NCBI GenBank assembly: GCA_951406725.2
Contig: OX597817.1
Coordinates: 101,618,001 to 101,682,000 of the forward strand
From: Octopus vulgaris
Taxonomy: Eukaryota
DNA: 64,000 nt
Reading direction: 5' to 3'
Numbering within the stretch: the first letter of the stretch is position 1; the number at the start of each line of letters is the position of its first letter. The notes under the pieces were generated by a model. That model was not told the origin of the DNA. It saw nothing but the letters and a program-made list of their open reading frames with translations, and ran no database searches. The translations under genes and the position numbers were made by a program. Of this stretch, positions 15,882 to 30,285 are shown in pieces.

Positions 15882-16738
15882 TATTATTACTTTGTTATAA
15901 GATTTGAAGAATTATTATTATAGTTTATGAGATGCGAAATATCAAGTATTAAAGAGTAAAGAAACCAAAAACGTATGAATTGATATATTACATAATATTG
16001 CTCATTAAAAAGATAAGATAATTACAGTATAATTACACTATAATCTGTTGTGTCTGGGGAGATTCATTCTCTTTTAGTGGCTTATTATTTAACACACTCA
16101 CCGGTAAAGTTTCCACTAATTTACTTATTTATTTTTCCTAAAATTTTCGTTGTCTTGCATCCTTTTCAATAGTTGTTGACTCTGTCCGTTATCAGAGCTG
16201 CATTCTTTTTGTTTGTTTGTTTGTGAGCATAGAATCTTGCAAACCAAATCCAAAAACGAAATACAACATAATCATTTAATCAATATGTAATCGATGGGGA
16301 AAAAAAACCTAAATCGTAAAGTTCCTAAAACGCTCATTATACCTAATCCTCTAATAAGCTTCAAAATATATTTGAATATACTGAATTTATGCTACAAATA
16401 GAAATGCTTTGGCCAGGAGCAGACGCCATACTATATTTCTTAATAATAGATTACCATGGCAAAGCCAGCTTGAAACCATATGCGAAGAGTGATATTTCTT
16501 CACTTTTTGTCATGTCGACATTAGAAATGTGCGGTTGCTCTCAAAGAATGTTATCTTTTTCCACAAATAATTTCATAATTTTCACCACAAAATTTATTTT
16601 TAGATATTTCCATCATATATAGATGAATGTCTGCTTCAATTAATTAAGCAAATATTGAGTTGTTAAATAAGAATTCATTTTAAACAGATTCGCATAGACA
16701 TAAAAGTACCTTCTCTGCCATTTCTCTTCTTAAATATA

Positions 16739-16774
<36 letters not shown>

Positions 16775-16796
16775 TGTATGTATGTATGTATGTATG

Positions 16797-16861
<65 letters not shown>

Positions 16862-16949
16862 GAGAGAGAGAGAGAGAGAGATAAAACTTACTTGGAAAAG
16901 GATGCGTGGCATTCGATCATATAATAATATAAATAATATATAAACATAT

Positions 16950-17450
16950 GCATATATACATACATATATGTACATACCTACATATATATGTATATATACA
17001 TGCATATATGGATACAGGACATCAATAAAAACGTTGAACACAATGAGAAACGAAAACATAAAAACAAAAACATTGAAACGAACTTTTTACTTTTTTATTA
17101 TTTTTACTGTCTTATTCTCACTGTCCTGTTCTTGTTACCACTTTCACCCTCTGCAAAAAATCCCAAATTTTATTTAATTCGCTTTGTGGGAAGGACTGTT
17201 TCAACGAAGTCGCGACTTGTCCTTACTTTCGAACGCAGGGTAGATGAAACAGGGACAACTGAAGAAGGGAATATTTCTTGTATTGTATGTCTTGTTTCTC
17301 TGGGTTTTTTTCGTTGTTTGAAAAAAAGTTCGTTTCTATGTTTTTGTTTTTGTTTCTCATTGTGTCCAGCGTTTTTTTGATGTCCTGTACCCATATATGC
17401 ATGTATATATACATATATATGTAGGTATGTACATATATGTATGTATATAT
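16950..17450. mobile_element. Inverted-repeat element (MITE-like or Penelope inverted pLTR)
   Basis: gatacaggacatcaataaaaacgttgaacacaatgagaaac... is mirrored at about 17320-17395 and extends into microsatellite arms. Confidence 0.7.
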
Positions 17451-17557
17451 GCATATATTTATATATTATATATATATATATAATATATATAAATATATAT
17501 ATATAACACTCTCTTTCTCAATCACTCGTTCATTTCCCATGCATGTGTGTGTGTGTG

Positions 17558-19800
17558 TGTTGTTGTTGTTGTTGTTGTTGGTAGTCCTTGGTGTCTGATG
17601 ATGACGTTTCAGCGATGAGAACACATGTGACTCTACAGTCCAAAACTGGAAGCACACAGACACCCACCGATGTCACAGCGAAGATTTGTTAACTGGATTG
17701 GTGTGAATGCTGCCCTGTGAAGTCTTTCACTTCTAGCATCGAGACGTTGTCGCGGTCCTCTTCTAAGGCAGCTGCTGCTCGTGAGGTGAGAGATCTCCAC
17801 GATGATCTGTCTGCAGCAGAGGCCTCGAGTGCGCATGGTCTAATGCCGCTCCATTTGAAGTTGCTTTTCTGAGTGACTTTCTTTCTCAGTTTGGGCCTCC
17901 TTGTTTGCGCGAGCCCTGTGTGATCCCGCCGTATAACAGCTGTCTGAGTACACGGTTATCAGACATTCTGATAACATGGCCAGTCCAGCGTAACTGAGCC
18001 TTCCGCAACATTGAGTCAATTATGCTGGTGTCTCAGAAGTCTACTGGCATACACTCTTCCTCCCAAATGGCTACATGGATGTCACGGAATGCATTGAAAG
18101 TTGTGATACCAAGTGCCTTGTACAGTTCTGCAGGAACTCCATCCGGTCGCGGAACTTTGCCATAGTTTATTTCATTCACGGCAATCTTGACCTCATCTAC
18201 ACTTGGCAGCAGGTCGAGGTCTTTGAGTAGAGGCTTCTAAGGGATTTGATGCAATGCTTTCTGGTCGACAATGGATAGCCAGTTTAGGAGTTGGTTGAAG
18301 TTCTCCTCCCTTCTTGCCATGACCCCTTTTTGTCTTTGACGATCATTGAGTCATCAACAGATACCAGGTTGTCTGTTCCACTTCTTGAAGAGTCGTAAGT
18401 GGCCTTGATAGCGCTGCACAGCATATTGGAGTTGTTGGTATCAGCATAGAGATGTACTTCTTCCGTTTTCTGCTCCCACCATCTGTCTTGAATGCTGCAA
18501 AGCTCCGTCTGGACTTTGGTATAACAGTCCCTGGCCGTGAGGCGCAGTTTAGGTCGTTCTAGCAATCAATGTAGACCTTCCTCTTATCATCCAACTGTGC
18601 CTGTACCGCCTCGTTGTTGCCATCAAATCAGAACTGATGAAGCTTTTCCATTGGGTCTAGAACTGTTTTGGCTGTTTCTGTGACAACTTCTTTTAACTGA
18701 TTCCACTTTTCCTCAGGTCCTATCACTTGAAACTTGTCTTCAAGACTGGACTGGAACTCCTGTTGATATTTGACTGAAAGGAATCTGGCTGTTCTGAAGG
18801 CAAGTCAAATGAGCTTTGGGTGCTCGTGGTGTTAGGGAACTATGCGGGTGTTGAGCTTGGCTCTTATGAGTCTGTGGTCTGTCCAACACCGCGCTCCACA
18901 CATTTCCCCGGTGATGAGGACATCACTGCTGTCACGCTGGCGGGTGAAAATGTAGTCAAGGATATTCCACTGTTTTGAACGCGGATGCATCCGTGATGTC
19001 TTATATTTACCAGCCTGCCAGAAATGGTGTTCGTAATCAGCAGGTTGTACTCGGTACACTTCCCAGCAAATGAACACCATTTCTATTCATCTTCCCAACT
19101 CCATGCTTCCCTCCCCCGCTCGTCGTCCCTGCCGACTCTGGTGCTGAAGTCGCCTAGTATTACAAGCTTGTCGGGAGTAGGCGTGTCACGTTGCACAATG
19201 CCCAAGTCAGCATAGAAATGTTCTTAGTCTCTTCTGTGCACGTCATTGTAGAGGCGTACGCGCTCATGATGGTGATGAAGCATTTGTCGCTAACAGAAAG
19301 GCGTCGTTTTATTAGCTTTTAATTTATGCTAATGGGAAGGCTGGGAATTTGTTTCAGCAGACTGAACTTGATGGTGAATCCAGCCCCGTGTATTCTGTCC
19401 TCATATAGGGTCTTGCCTTTCCAGAAGAAAGTGTAGCTGCTGCCTGATTCTGCCAGCAACCCTTCCTCAGCCAGTCGAGTTACACTGATTGCTGTTATGT
19501 CGATATTGTATCTTGACAATTCTTTGGCAATGAGAGCTGTTCTTCCCTGAGGTCCGGAGATGTTGTCTCGTTCCACGAGGGTACGTATGCTCCATGTACC
19601 AATGATTAGGCTTTTCTTTTTGAATCGACCGCAAATGGATGTCTGTTAGCTGCGCTTAGCTGGCCAGAACCGTTCAGGACAAGCTTTAGGGCATCTCTTC
19701 TAGGTCCCTCCCTTACTAGGGTGGGCAGTATCGTCCTAAAAAGGCTGCTCAGTCACTGAGATGCTGCCGAAATTATTGGCTGTCCGATACGAAGAACAGC

Positions 19801-19803
<3 letters not shown>
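17558..19803 (-). mobile_element. RTE-clade LINE, decayed and internally deleted (APE domain, RT start, 3' end with (CAA)n tail)
   Basis: RTALIAKELSRYNIDITAIS.TRL, HPRSKQWNILDYIF, CWTDHRLI; multiple frameshifts. Confidence 0.88.
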
Positions 19804-19834
<31 letters not shown>

Positions 19835-20059
19835 TTTATTTTTTTACTTTTTCAGTCATTTGATTGCAGCCATGCCGGAGCACCACCTTTAGTCGAACCA
19901 TTCGACTCCAGAACTAATTCTTTGTAAGCCTAGTAATTATTCTATCTGTCTCTTTGGCCGAACCGCTAAGTTATGGAGACGTAAACACACCGACATCGGT
20001 TGTCTAGCGATGGTGGGACAAACACAGACACACAAATATGTATATATATATATATATAT

Positions 20060-20500
20060 AATTGAATAATGGTAGAAATTGATATTAATCAATTAAAACC
20101 AGTGGCCTAGCATATCAAACAAATCCGAAGATTAAAATATTTTTACATACAAAATGTAAAGGACTGACCACTAAAAGTGGACAGTCAATATGCTAGATAT
20201 AGACGTCAAAATCGCTATTTTCCGCAAAGAATGTGTTCTCAAGTAAAAACTCAGCACAAAACCAAAGCAAGACAAATGAAAATATACGAAATAATAACGA
20301 TTACCTATGTACCGATCAGTTTCGCTTGTTAATATTCACGCATATGGATACGTGAAAATCTGCAAGCTCATCAGCATAGTCTGTCGTATACAAACATAAT
20401 TTCCAGAACTAGATACAAAAACGCTTGACTGTGGAAAATAGCGATTTTAACGTCTATATCTAGAACAGTGACCGTCCACTTTTAGTGGTGAGTCCTTTAG

Positions 20501-20505
<5 letters not shown>
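20060..20505 (-). mobile_element. Short Penelope-like/retrozyme-like element with inverted arms and a central hammerhead
   Basis: About 20153-20226 is inverted at about 20429-20503; hammerhead at 20305-20379; (TA)n on both flanks. Confidence 0.7.
20305..20379 (-). ncRNA. Type I hammerhead ribozyme, intact core
   Basis: ctatg-CTGATGA-GCTTG..CAAGC-GAAAC-tgatcg-GTA-catag. Confidence 0.85.
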
Positions 20506-20541
<36 letters not shown>

Positions 20542-20690
20542 GATACTTTCAGTTTCCGTCTACCAAATCAACTCGGGTCGGCCCGAGGCTATTGTAGAAG
20601 ACGTTTGCCTAAAGTGCCACGTAGTACGACTGAACCCAGAACTATAAGGAAGCTGCTTACCACGCAGCCACGCCTGTATATGTATACATA

Positions 20691-22120
<1,430 letters not shown>

Positions 22121-22373
22121 TATTTGAGGGAAAATTAATCCTAACTTACAGGGAAAAAATTCAATTTAGAAATATTAAATCAAATTTCACACAATATAAT
22201 ATATATATATAAAAATTAGAAAAAAACACCTTTTATCAATTCAAAATGACCAATTATATTACACCATCTAGAAAATTACATATAATAGAAATATTAAAAT
22301 TAAAATAACAATAAAATACCGATGATTAAGTAAATTGCAAAAAAAATAATAAAAACGTATATAATTGGTAGAA

Positions 22374-22478
22374 TAACGACACGTGTTTCGTGGCTATATT
22401 TAAGAAATGATTATAATAAAAAAAATTAATAGTAGTAGTAAAATCACTTCGATATAAATATAGCCACTCATCAGGTTA
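22374..22478 (-). ncRNA. Type I hammerhead ribozyme, intact core, long stem II
   Basis: taac-CTGATGA-GTGGCTATATTTA..TAAATATAGCCAC-GAAAC-acgt-GTC-gtta. Confidence 0.88.
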
Positions 22479-22583
22479 AAAATAAACTAGAATAATAAAA
22501 TAATTAATGGATTGAGCCCGGAAGCAAACTTTTTACTACACAGCCACACTTGTGCTTATGTGTGTGTGTGTAAGTGTGCAGTA

Positions 22584-22639
<56 letters not shown>

Positions 22640-23299
22640 TGTAGTAGTAGTAGTAGTAGTAGTAGTAGTAATAGTAGTAGTAGTAGTAGTAGAAACTCTA
22701 CTATTACTATATTTTAATGTGAGTTTCTCATATATATATATTTCATGTGATATTTCAAAGTTGTTTAACAGTGTTTCATGTGTATTATGTTGAGTAATGG
22801 CACAACTTTAAATCACCTAGTTTTTCAAATATTGATTTCAAATTATGGCTCAAGGCCAGCAATTTCGAAGGAGATGATAAGTCAATTAAAGCGACCCCAG
22901 TGCTCAACTGATATTTATTTTATGGATCCCGAAAGGATGAAAAGCAAAGTTGATCTCGGCTGAATTTGAACTGAGACCGTAGAACGGACGAAATGCCACT
23001 AAGTATTTTGCCCAGCGTGCTAAGGATTCTCCAAACTCACCGCCTTAGTTTTTTAAATATTATTGCGCATTTCGTTACATCAGATCGTAATGTGATATGA
23101 ATTCTGATTGAATAAATCCTCATTACTTTTGGGTTCCACAAAGTTAACATAAATTTTATTCAAAACATTTTTGTTTATCCACTCTCATGGTGTTGATTAC
23201 TCATTCAAGAATAAGTAATCAATACCGTCACTAAAAGTGTGAGCACGCTCGCATGTGTGTATGTGTGTGTGCTTGCATGTATGCCTGTGCGGGTGGATG

Positions 23300-23332
<33 letters not shown>

Positions 23333-23335
23333 ATT

Positions 23336-23367
<32 letters not shown>

Positions 23368-23989
23368 TGTATAGAACGTATTTTTGTACGTATGAATCGC
23401 ACGAGCGTATAAAGCACGTCCCAATTTTGGTGTGGCTATCATAGGAAAAATATAATGCAGTTAACTCCAGACCACGTATCTAAATGTTTCACGCCTACGG
23501 CGCTCTACCCATTTGATTATTACTACATAGACATGCACGCTTTGCTTATAAAATTTTCATTCATGGAAACAATGAAAATTTAGACTAAAGGTACCCTTGA
23601 TGAAGTATATTGATAGGTTAAGTTGCGCTACTTTCCTGAACACAACTAAATATCTCCATTGGCCATCTGCACCGCCACTGGTCATTGTTAATTATACTAA
23701 CCTCTATCAATCAATAACACTAAAATTATCAATCATTATCATCAGTTTCATAATCTGAAAGTCGTGAGCGCGATCCTTACGCGGAGCAGTCTTTTTTAGG
23801 CGCAGGTATGTATATGTGGCAAAAAATTTGCTTCCCAACCACATAGCTTTCGATTTAGTCCCACTATGTGAAACCTTCGGAAGTGTCTTCTTTCGTCCGA
23901 CCAAGACCTTGTAAGTGAATAACGTCCATCCATCCATCCATCCATCCATCCATCCATACATACATACATACATACATACATACATACAT

Positions 23990-24787
23990 ACTTAGAAAAT
24001 AAAGGAAAACACCTTAATTAATACGGAGCTGCTCTATATTTGGCATGAATCACAGCTTTAAAACAACGAGGAATTAACTTGTAGCGGTTCCGAATAATCG
24101 TTAGAGGAATGTTGAGCCATTCGAGTAAAAACCGTTATAGCTCTTTCAGCGACCCTACTGGAGGCAAGTAGTTCCTCACTTGCTGTCCCAAAATGTACCA
24201 TAAAATATTTGATTTTATTGAGATGTAGTGATCGTTGAGGCCAATCCAAGTAATCTGCTTCAATTTGGTGACTTTTCCCATGTCACGCAGGTGTTGATGA
24301 ATGGTTGAATGACCAAATCCAAGATTCTCTGCTAGTTCTTCAACAGTTACGATAGGATTTTGTTCCACCAAGGTTTGCACCAAAGACGTCCTCGTCGAGC
24401 TCCACAGATCTTCCAGGACGAGGCTCGTTTCCTAGGCTATAGTTTCCGGCTCGGAATTTCTGACACAGGCATATGCTTATTATCCGGTCTCCATATACTG
24501 CATTAATATTCCTCGCACTTTCCGTTGCGTTGTTGCCTTTATTGAACTCATAAAGCAAAATATGCCGAATATGCTCCTTTCTCACTCCCATTATATCTTT
24601 GAAAAAATAACTGTTAAAAATAGCTGTTAAAATCGAACTACACTCTTTAAAACTTGCACTAAGAATAAATACAAGGTAAAATTATTACATGCTTTTATAG
24701 CAAGTTGATGCAGGTAGTTTATCCCGTCCCCTCCGGCCTTTAGTTCATGCAATTGAAAAAAACGCATTATTTATAGGATGACCAAAT
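23990..24787 (-). mobile_element. Mariner 5' part (HTH) abutting a Tc1-like C-terminal fragment
   Basis: EHIRHILLYEFNKG.NATESARNINAVYG, PRPGRS, TVEELAENLG, then WPQRSLHLNKI / LWYILGQQV. Confidence 0.75.
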
Positions 24788-24916
24788 ACATATATATGTA
24801 TATATATATATATAATATCATAAGATCAAAGGGTAATCTGAAATATTAGGAATTTCTATTGCCAGTGGTCTAGCGTGTAAAAGTTTAGTCAATAGACTAT
24901 ATATTATTCATATAAA

Positions 24917-25045
24917 TACAGTATACATTTAAATACATGAGGTATCCATCATAGGACTACCTGCACGCTAGAGAGGAATTTAACTCTCCTCTCTAGTGTG
25001 CAGGTAGTCCTATAATGGATACCTCTTATGTGTTTAAATGTACAC

Positions 25046-25049
<4 letters not shown>
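24917..25049. repeat. ~130-bp palindrome
   Basis: acagtatacatttaaatacatgaggtatccatcataggactacctgcacgctagagagga / tcctctctagtgtgcaggtagtcctataatggatacctc...tttaaatgtacactgt. Confidence 0.9.
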
Positions 25050-25091
<42 letters not shown>

Positions 25092-27140
25092 TGTAGTTGT
25101 GTGAGTGTCTGTCCCCTTCGATTTAGATTCCTAACTACTCCCACATTTTGCGGTGCAGTTTAACCAAATTCGGGTATCTTATAGTCGTGATTCATATCAA
25201 GCCCGTCTGCGTATTAGTGCGCGTCTACGATGAGTCTACGATTTTAAAAATAATTTACCATAATTTTTTTTCCATTTTAACGCATATTTTTTTAATAAAG
25301 GGAAGGCGGCGGAGTTGGCGTCCATGCTCACACCTGCACCTGTGTTGCTTCTCCCCCTTCTTCCCTCCCTCGTGAAGCTGTGGGGAAGGGAGTGTAAGGA
25401 AATGAACGTCGTAAAGCGTTGTCAAGGAGACCAGCGTTCTTTTAGAACAACGACTTCATGGTTTGAAGACACCAAAACAGAAATGGCTAAGAAAGCCCGA
25501 AAGCAAATTCTACAAAATCGGGAAACACGCCACACAGGGAAGGTTTCCTGTGCAAATAATTTGCCCAACCGAATGTTATAGTTGTTGCACAACTTTTACT
25601 TAAAAAATATTATCCAAACACAAACTTTTGAAGGCAATATTGTATGGCGATGGTACTTGTGAAATATGGTAATGGATTTAGTAGCCAAAAGGAGAGAGCA
25701 GAGGCATAGTATGGTGGTGGTGGAGGCGGTGGTAGTGGCAGCGGTGGTGCTGGTAGTGGTGATGGCGGTCTTTGTCGTGGTGGTCGTCGTGTTTGTGGTG
25801 GTGGTGGTGGTGGTGGTGGTGGTGTTGTTGTTGGTGGTCGTGGTCGTGGTCGTGGTCGTGGGGGTGGTGATGATGGTAGTGGTGGTGGTGATGATGGTGG
25901 TGGTGGTCGTCGTCGTCGTCGTGGTCTTCGTGATAGTGGTGGTGATGGTCATGGGCGTAGTGGTGGTGGTGGTCATGGTGGTAGTGGTGATGGTGTTGGT
26001 CGTGGTGGTGGTGGTGGTGGTGGCTGAAGCTGTCGTCTGGGTTCTTCCAATTTTTTCGTGTGTCGGTGGCGGCGTTGGCGTTCATGCTCGCACCTGCACC
26101 TGTGTAGCTCCTCCCCTTCTTCCCTCCCTCGTGAATCTGTGGGGAAGGCAGGGTAGGGAAATCAATGTCGTAAAGCGTTGTCAAGGAGACCAGCGTTCTT
26201 TTAGAACAACGACTTCATGGCTTGAAGTCGCCAAAACAGAAATCGCTAAAAAAGCTGAAACAGATCCACAAAAACGGCAAAAACCGCCACACAGGGGCAG
26301 GTTTCCGTGCAAACAATTTGCACAACCGAATGTTTTAGTTGTTGCACAAATCTTTATATATAAAAGTGAAGTTGTGTGTCTGTCTCCTACGATTTAGATT
26401 CCTAACTACTCCCACATTTTGCGGTGCAGTTTAACCAAAACCGGGTATCTTATAGTCGTGATTCATATCGAGCCCTTCTGGGTATTAGCGCGCGTCTACG
26501 ATGAGTACGATTTTTAAAAAAAATTTACCATCATTTTTTCCATTTTAGTGCATTTTTTCGCTATTATATAAGGGAAGTAACTCTCTAAAAATGTCTACGA
26601 TGAGTCAACGATTAAAAAAAAAATTACCATCATTTTTTATTCCATTTTTAATGCATTTTTTGCTATTTTTTTGCTATAACTCTCTAAAAATGCTTATATA
26701 GTTATTTCCCTTACAAACCCGAGCAACGCCGGGCGATACTGCTAGTATATATATAAGTGAGGTTGTGTGGTGTCTGTCTCCTACGATTTAGATTCCTAAC
26801 TACTCCCACATTTTTCGGTGCAGTTTAATCAAAACCGGGTATCTTATAGTCGTGATTCATATCGAGCCCTTCTGGGTATTAGCGCGCGTCTACGATGAGT
26901 CTACGATTTAAAAAAAATTACCATAATTTTTCCGCATTTTTAATGCATTTTCGCTCGGTTTATATAAGGGAAGTAACTCTCTAAAAATGTATTATTAAAT
27001 CTCAGAACGTAAAAAGCTACAGTAACACCCCCCCCTTTGTGGTTAGCCATATTGAGATGGCTATTATATTTTACATCTCTAAAAATGCTTATATAGTTAT
27101 TTCCATTACAAAACCGAGCAACGCCGGGTGATACTGCTAG
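25049..27140 (+). mobile_element. Tandem/nested non-autonomous Helitrons
   Basis: Three copies of a 5' module (about 25095, 26370, 26762), two of them preceded by TC(TA)n. Two 3' ends with hairpin ccgagcaacgccggg followed by CTAG-t (about 26746 and 27140). Confidence 0.8.
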
Positions 27141-28807
27141 TATATATATATATGAGGGAGGAAGCACACCGTCGGTTACGACGACGAGGGTTCCGGTTGA
27201 TCCGAATCAACGGAACAGCCTGCTCGTGAAATTAACGTGTAAGTGGCTGAGCACTCCACAGACACGTGTACCCTTAACGTAGTTCTCGGGGATTTTCAGC
27301 GTGACACAGAGAGTGACAAGGCCGGCCCTTTGAAATACAGGTACAACAGAAACAGGAAGTAAGAGTGAGAGAAAGTTGTGGTGAAAGAGTACATCAGGGA
27401 TCAGCACCATCCCCTGCCGGAGCCTCGTGGAGCTTTAGGGTTTTCGCTCAATAAACACTCACAACGCCCGGTCTGGGAATCGAAACCGCGATCCTATGAC
27501 CGCGAGTCCGCTGCCCTAACCATTGCGCCCCCTATATATATAGGGGAAGTATATAGGTGTGTGTATATATATATATATACACACACGCACATGCAAAAGA
27601 AACCACGTAGACGTTTACATACACTCACACACATCCGTATGTTTGTGTATAGGTATGCTAATAAATGCATACATTTATATATACACGTATATGAAAGTGT
27701 TTGTATATGTATAAGTATTTTCGTGATATCTTTTGCTTTTTACAACTTACCGTAAGTTGACAACCCACTGTTAATATTAGGAAATATTTTATTCAATTTC
27801 AGAGTTGAGAGCGATGTCATAGCCCAAAGACAGAAAATACTACCCGTCTGACTTACCCTAGTTGAACAACTTGCAGACGGTGGTTATATTAATATCTTTA
27901 AAATGTATCATCTGGCATAAGTCATACAGCCTTACACTATTTTTGAAGTTTCTAACCCATCCCAGTATTTTTGGTTTGAAGCATGATATTATCACACGTG
28001 TACCAGAAGCCGATGGCGAAGAGCGGGGTGGGTACGGATATATTGTAGGACAGAGAGAAAGGAGACAGTTAACGAAGCAGAGGCAGACAGAAAAAAAGGG
28101 AGGTGGGTGATGAATTATATTTACTTTACACAGTTCTAAAAGTTTCAAAATGGTCACACATACACGGGTATACGTAGACCCAGACATACAAACATACGTA
28201 CAGTACGTAATGACATCCATGCAAAACTGCATACGGTGATATGAATATGAAATTGTAATCATTCGGTTGTCAGACCTTTATAATATCACTGGGGGTTATT
28301 AAATTTCGAAACCTGACACATTAACCTACTAATTTATATTAGTATATTAGATGACAAGTCCAGCAACATGTAACAGTAATAATGACTTACAGAAAAATGC
28401 AAATTAAAGGATTAAGTACACCGAAGTGTTCCCCAAGAAACGCCCAAATATAAATGCATGTGTGAGTGTGAGTATCCGTGTGTGCACGCGCGCATAAATT
28501 CATAAATACATACACACATAGTATGAGTGTGTATGATTGTATACGTATGTGTGTATACGTATGTGTGTATTATTTATTTCTGTAGTACAAATTATAAAAG
28601 TGCTTAGGATTATATACACACTCTCTCTCTCTCGCGCACACACACACACATATATATATAGGGTATGCATGTAAATGTATATGCTTATATATAGAGAGAG
28701 GGGGGAGGAAATAGTGATGCAGATAAACACGATTAAGCTTGTTATATATATATATAAATGAATATATAGAGAGACATATAGATTCACAGATACACACATA
28801 TATATAT

Positions 28808-28854
<47 letters not shown>

Positions 28855-29030
28855 CGTTTATATATTTGTTTTGCTAGATTTTTGAAGTGAAATCGTATGT
28901 TGAAACAGATATTGTTGTATTTAGGAATGGTCATTTTGCCAGTTTAGCCAATAAAAACACACGCACTATATATTTGGTGTTATTTTGCTTCAGCGTTATT
29001 CAGTTTTTACATTAATCTTAATCTTATTTC

Positions 29031-29075
29031 GTCCAGAGTTCTTTCGTCACACTCCTGTGACCTCATCAGTGGTCC
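29031..29075 (-). ncRNA. Degenerate minimal hammerhead ribozyme
   Basis: cca-CTGATGA-g-gtcaca-ggag-tgtgac-GAAAG-aa-CTC-tgg. Confidence 0.55.
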
Positions 29076-29644
29076 TTTGCTTTCTTCTTTCTTATTTGTG
29101 TGTCTTTCCTTACTAAAGGTCAGCCATTTTGTATTTGTATTCCTATTGTATGTGTCTTCATTTGCGCATGCGTATACCTCTATGTGCATCTATGTTTAGT
29201 TAGTGTATGGTGGGGGAGTGCCTGTAATATTTGTAATATAGAAATAACGAACTTTTTTTTAAAATCCTGTTAGCTCGCTTTCTTCGATTTCAGCACGACG
29301 CGTATTTATAGTGAATATATATTGAAATGTGGAAATTGACGATTTAAAGTCTGTTCTCAGCATATTGCCATAGAAATAACTTTTCTTTTGCCCTTGTTTA
29401 CAAGTTGTATATATATATATATATATATAAAGTTAATCCAGACATGAAAACACAAAGAGAAAATACAACAACGCGAGGACGTGAAACAAGTATAGTGTTA
29501 TTGGACGCTCAGGAAAGGAAAGAAAGAAAGAGGATTTAACGTTTCGAGAGGAGCTCTTCGTCAGAAACATAGGAAAAGGAAAGACCCAAGGAAGGGAAGA
29601 CGGAGGAAAAAAGTCGCCAACGATACACACGCGGTCACATATAT

Positions 29645-29716
<72 letters not shown>

Positions 29717-29717
29717 G

Positions 29718-29772
<55 letters not shown>

Positions 29773-29819
29773 GTATATATATGTATATGAGGATATTGTT
29801 TATAATAAATATCAGTGGC

Positions 29820-30285
29820 AAGGCTGTGAGCTGGCAGAAACGTTAGCACGCCGGGCGAAATGCTTAGCGGTATTTCGTCTGTCTAAACACAGAGGGGACA
29901 AACAAGGACAGACAAACGGATTAAGTCGATTATATCGACCCCAGTGCGTAACTGGTACTTATTTAATCGACCCCGAAAGGTCGACTTTGCCTTTCATCCT
30001 TTCGGGGTCGATTAAATAAGTACCAGTTACGCACTGGGGTCGATAAAATTGATTTAATCCGTTTGTCTGTCCTTGTTTGTCCCCTCTGTGTTTAGCCCCT
30101 TGTGGGTAGTAAAGAAATAGGTATTTCGTCTGTCTTTACGTTCTGGGTTCAAATTCCGCTGAGGTCGACTTTGGCTTTCATCCTTTCGGGGTCGATAAAG
30201 TAAGTACCAGTTGCGTACTGGGGTCGATCTGATCGGCTGGCTCCTTCCCCAAAAAAATTCAGGCCTTGTGCTTAGTGTAGAAAAG
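29820..30285 (+). mobile_element. SINE with an internal fold-back and a 16-bp TSD, inserted in an inverted-repeat element (29786-30543)
   Basis: TSD aataaatatcagtggc at 29804-29819 and 30286-30301; inverted arms at about 29884-29980 and 29998-30094. Confidence 0.85.

Noticed and set aside
25596-26397. 243-aa Val-rich, 168-aa His-rich and 126-aa Thr-rich ORFs
   Set aside because: Stop-free triplet repeat inside a Helitron; no splice or domain support.
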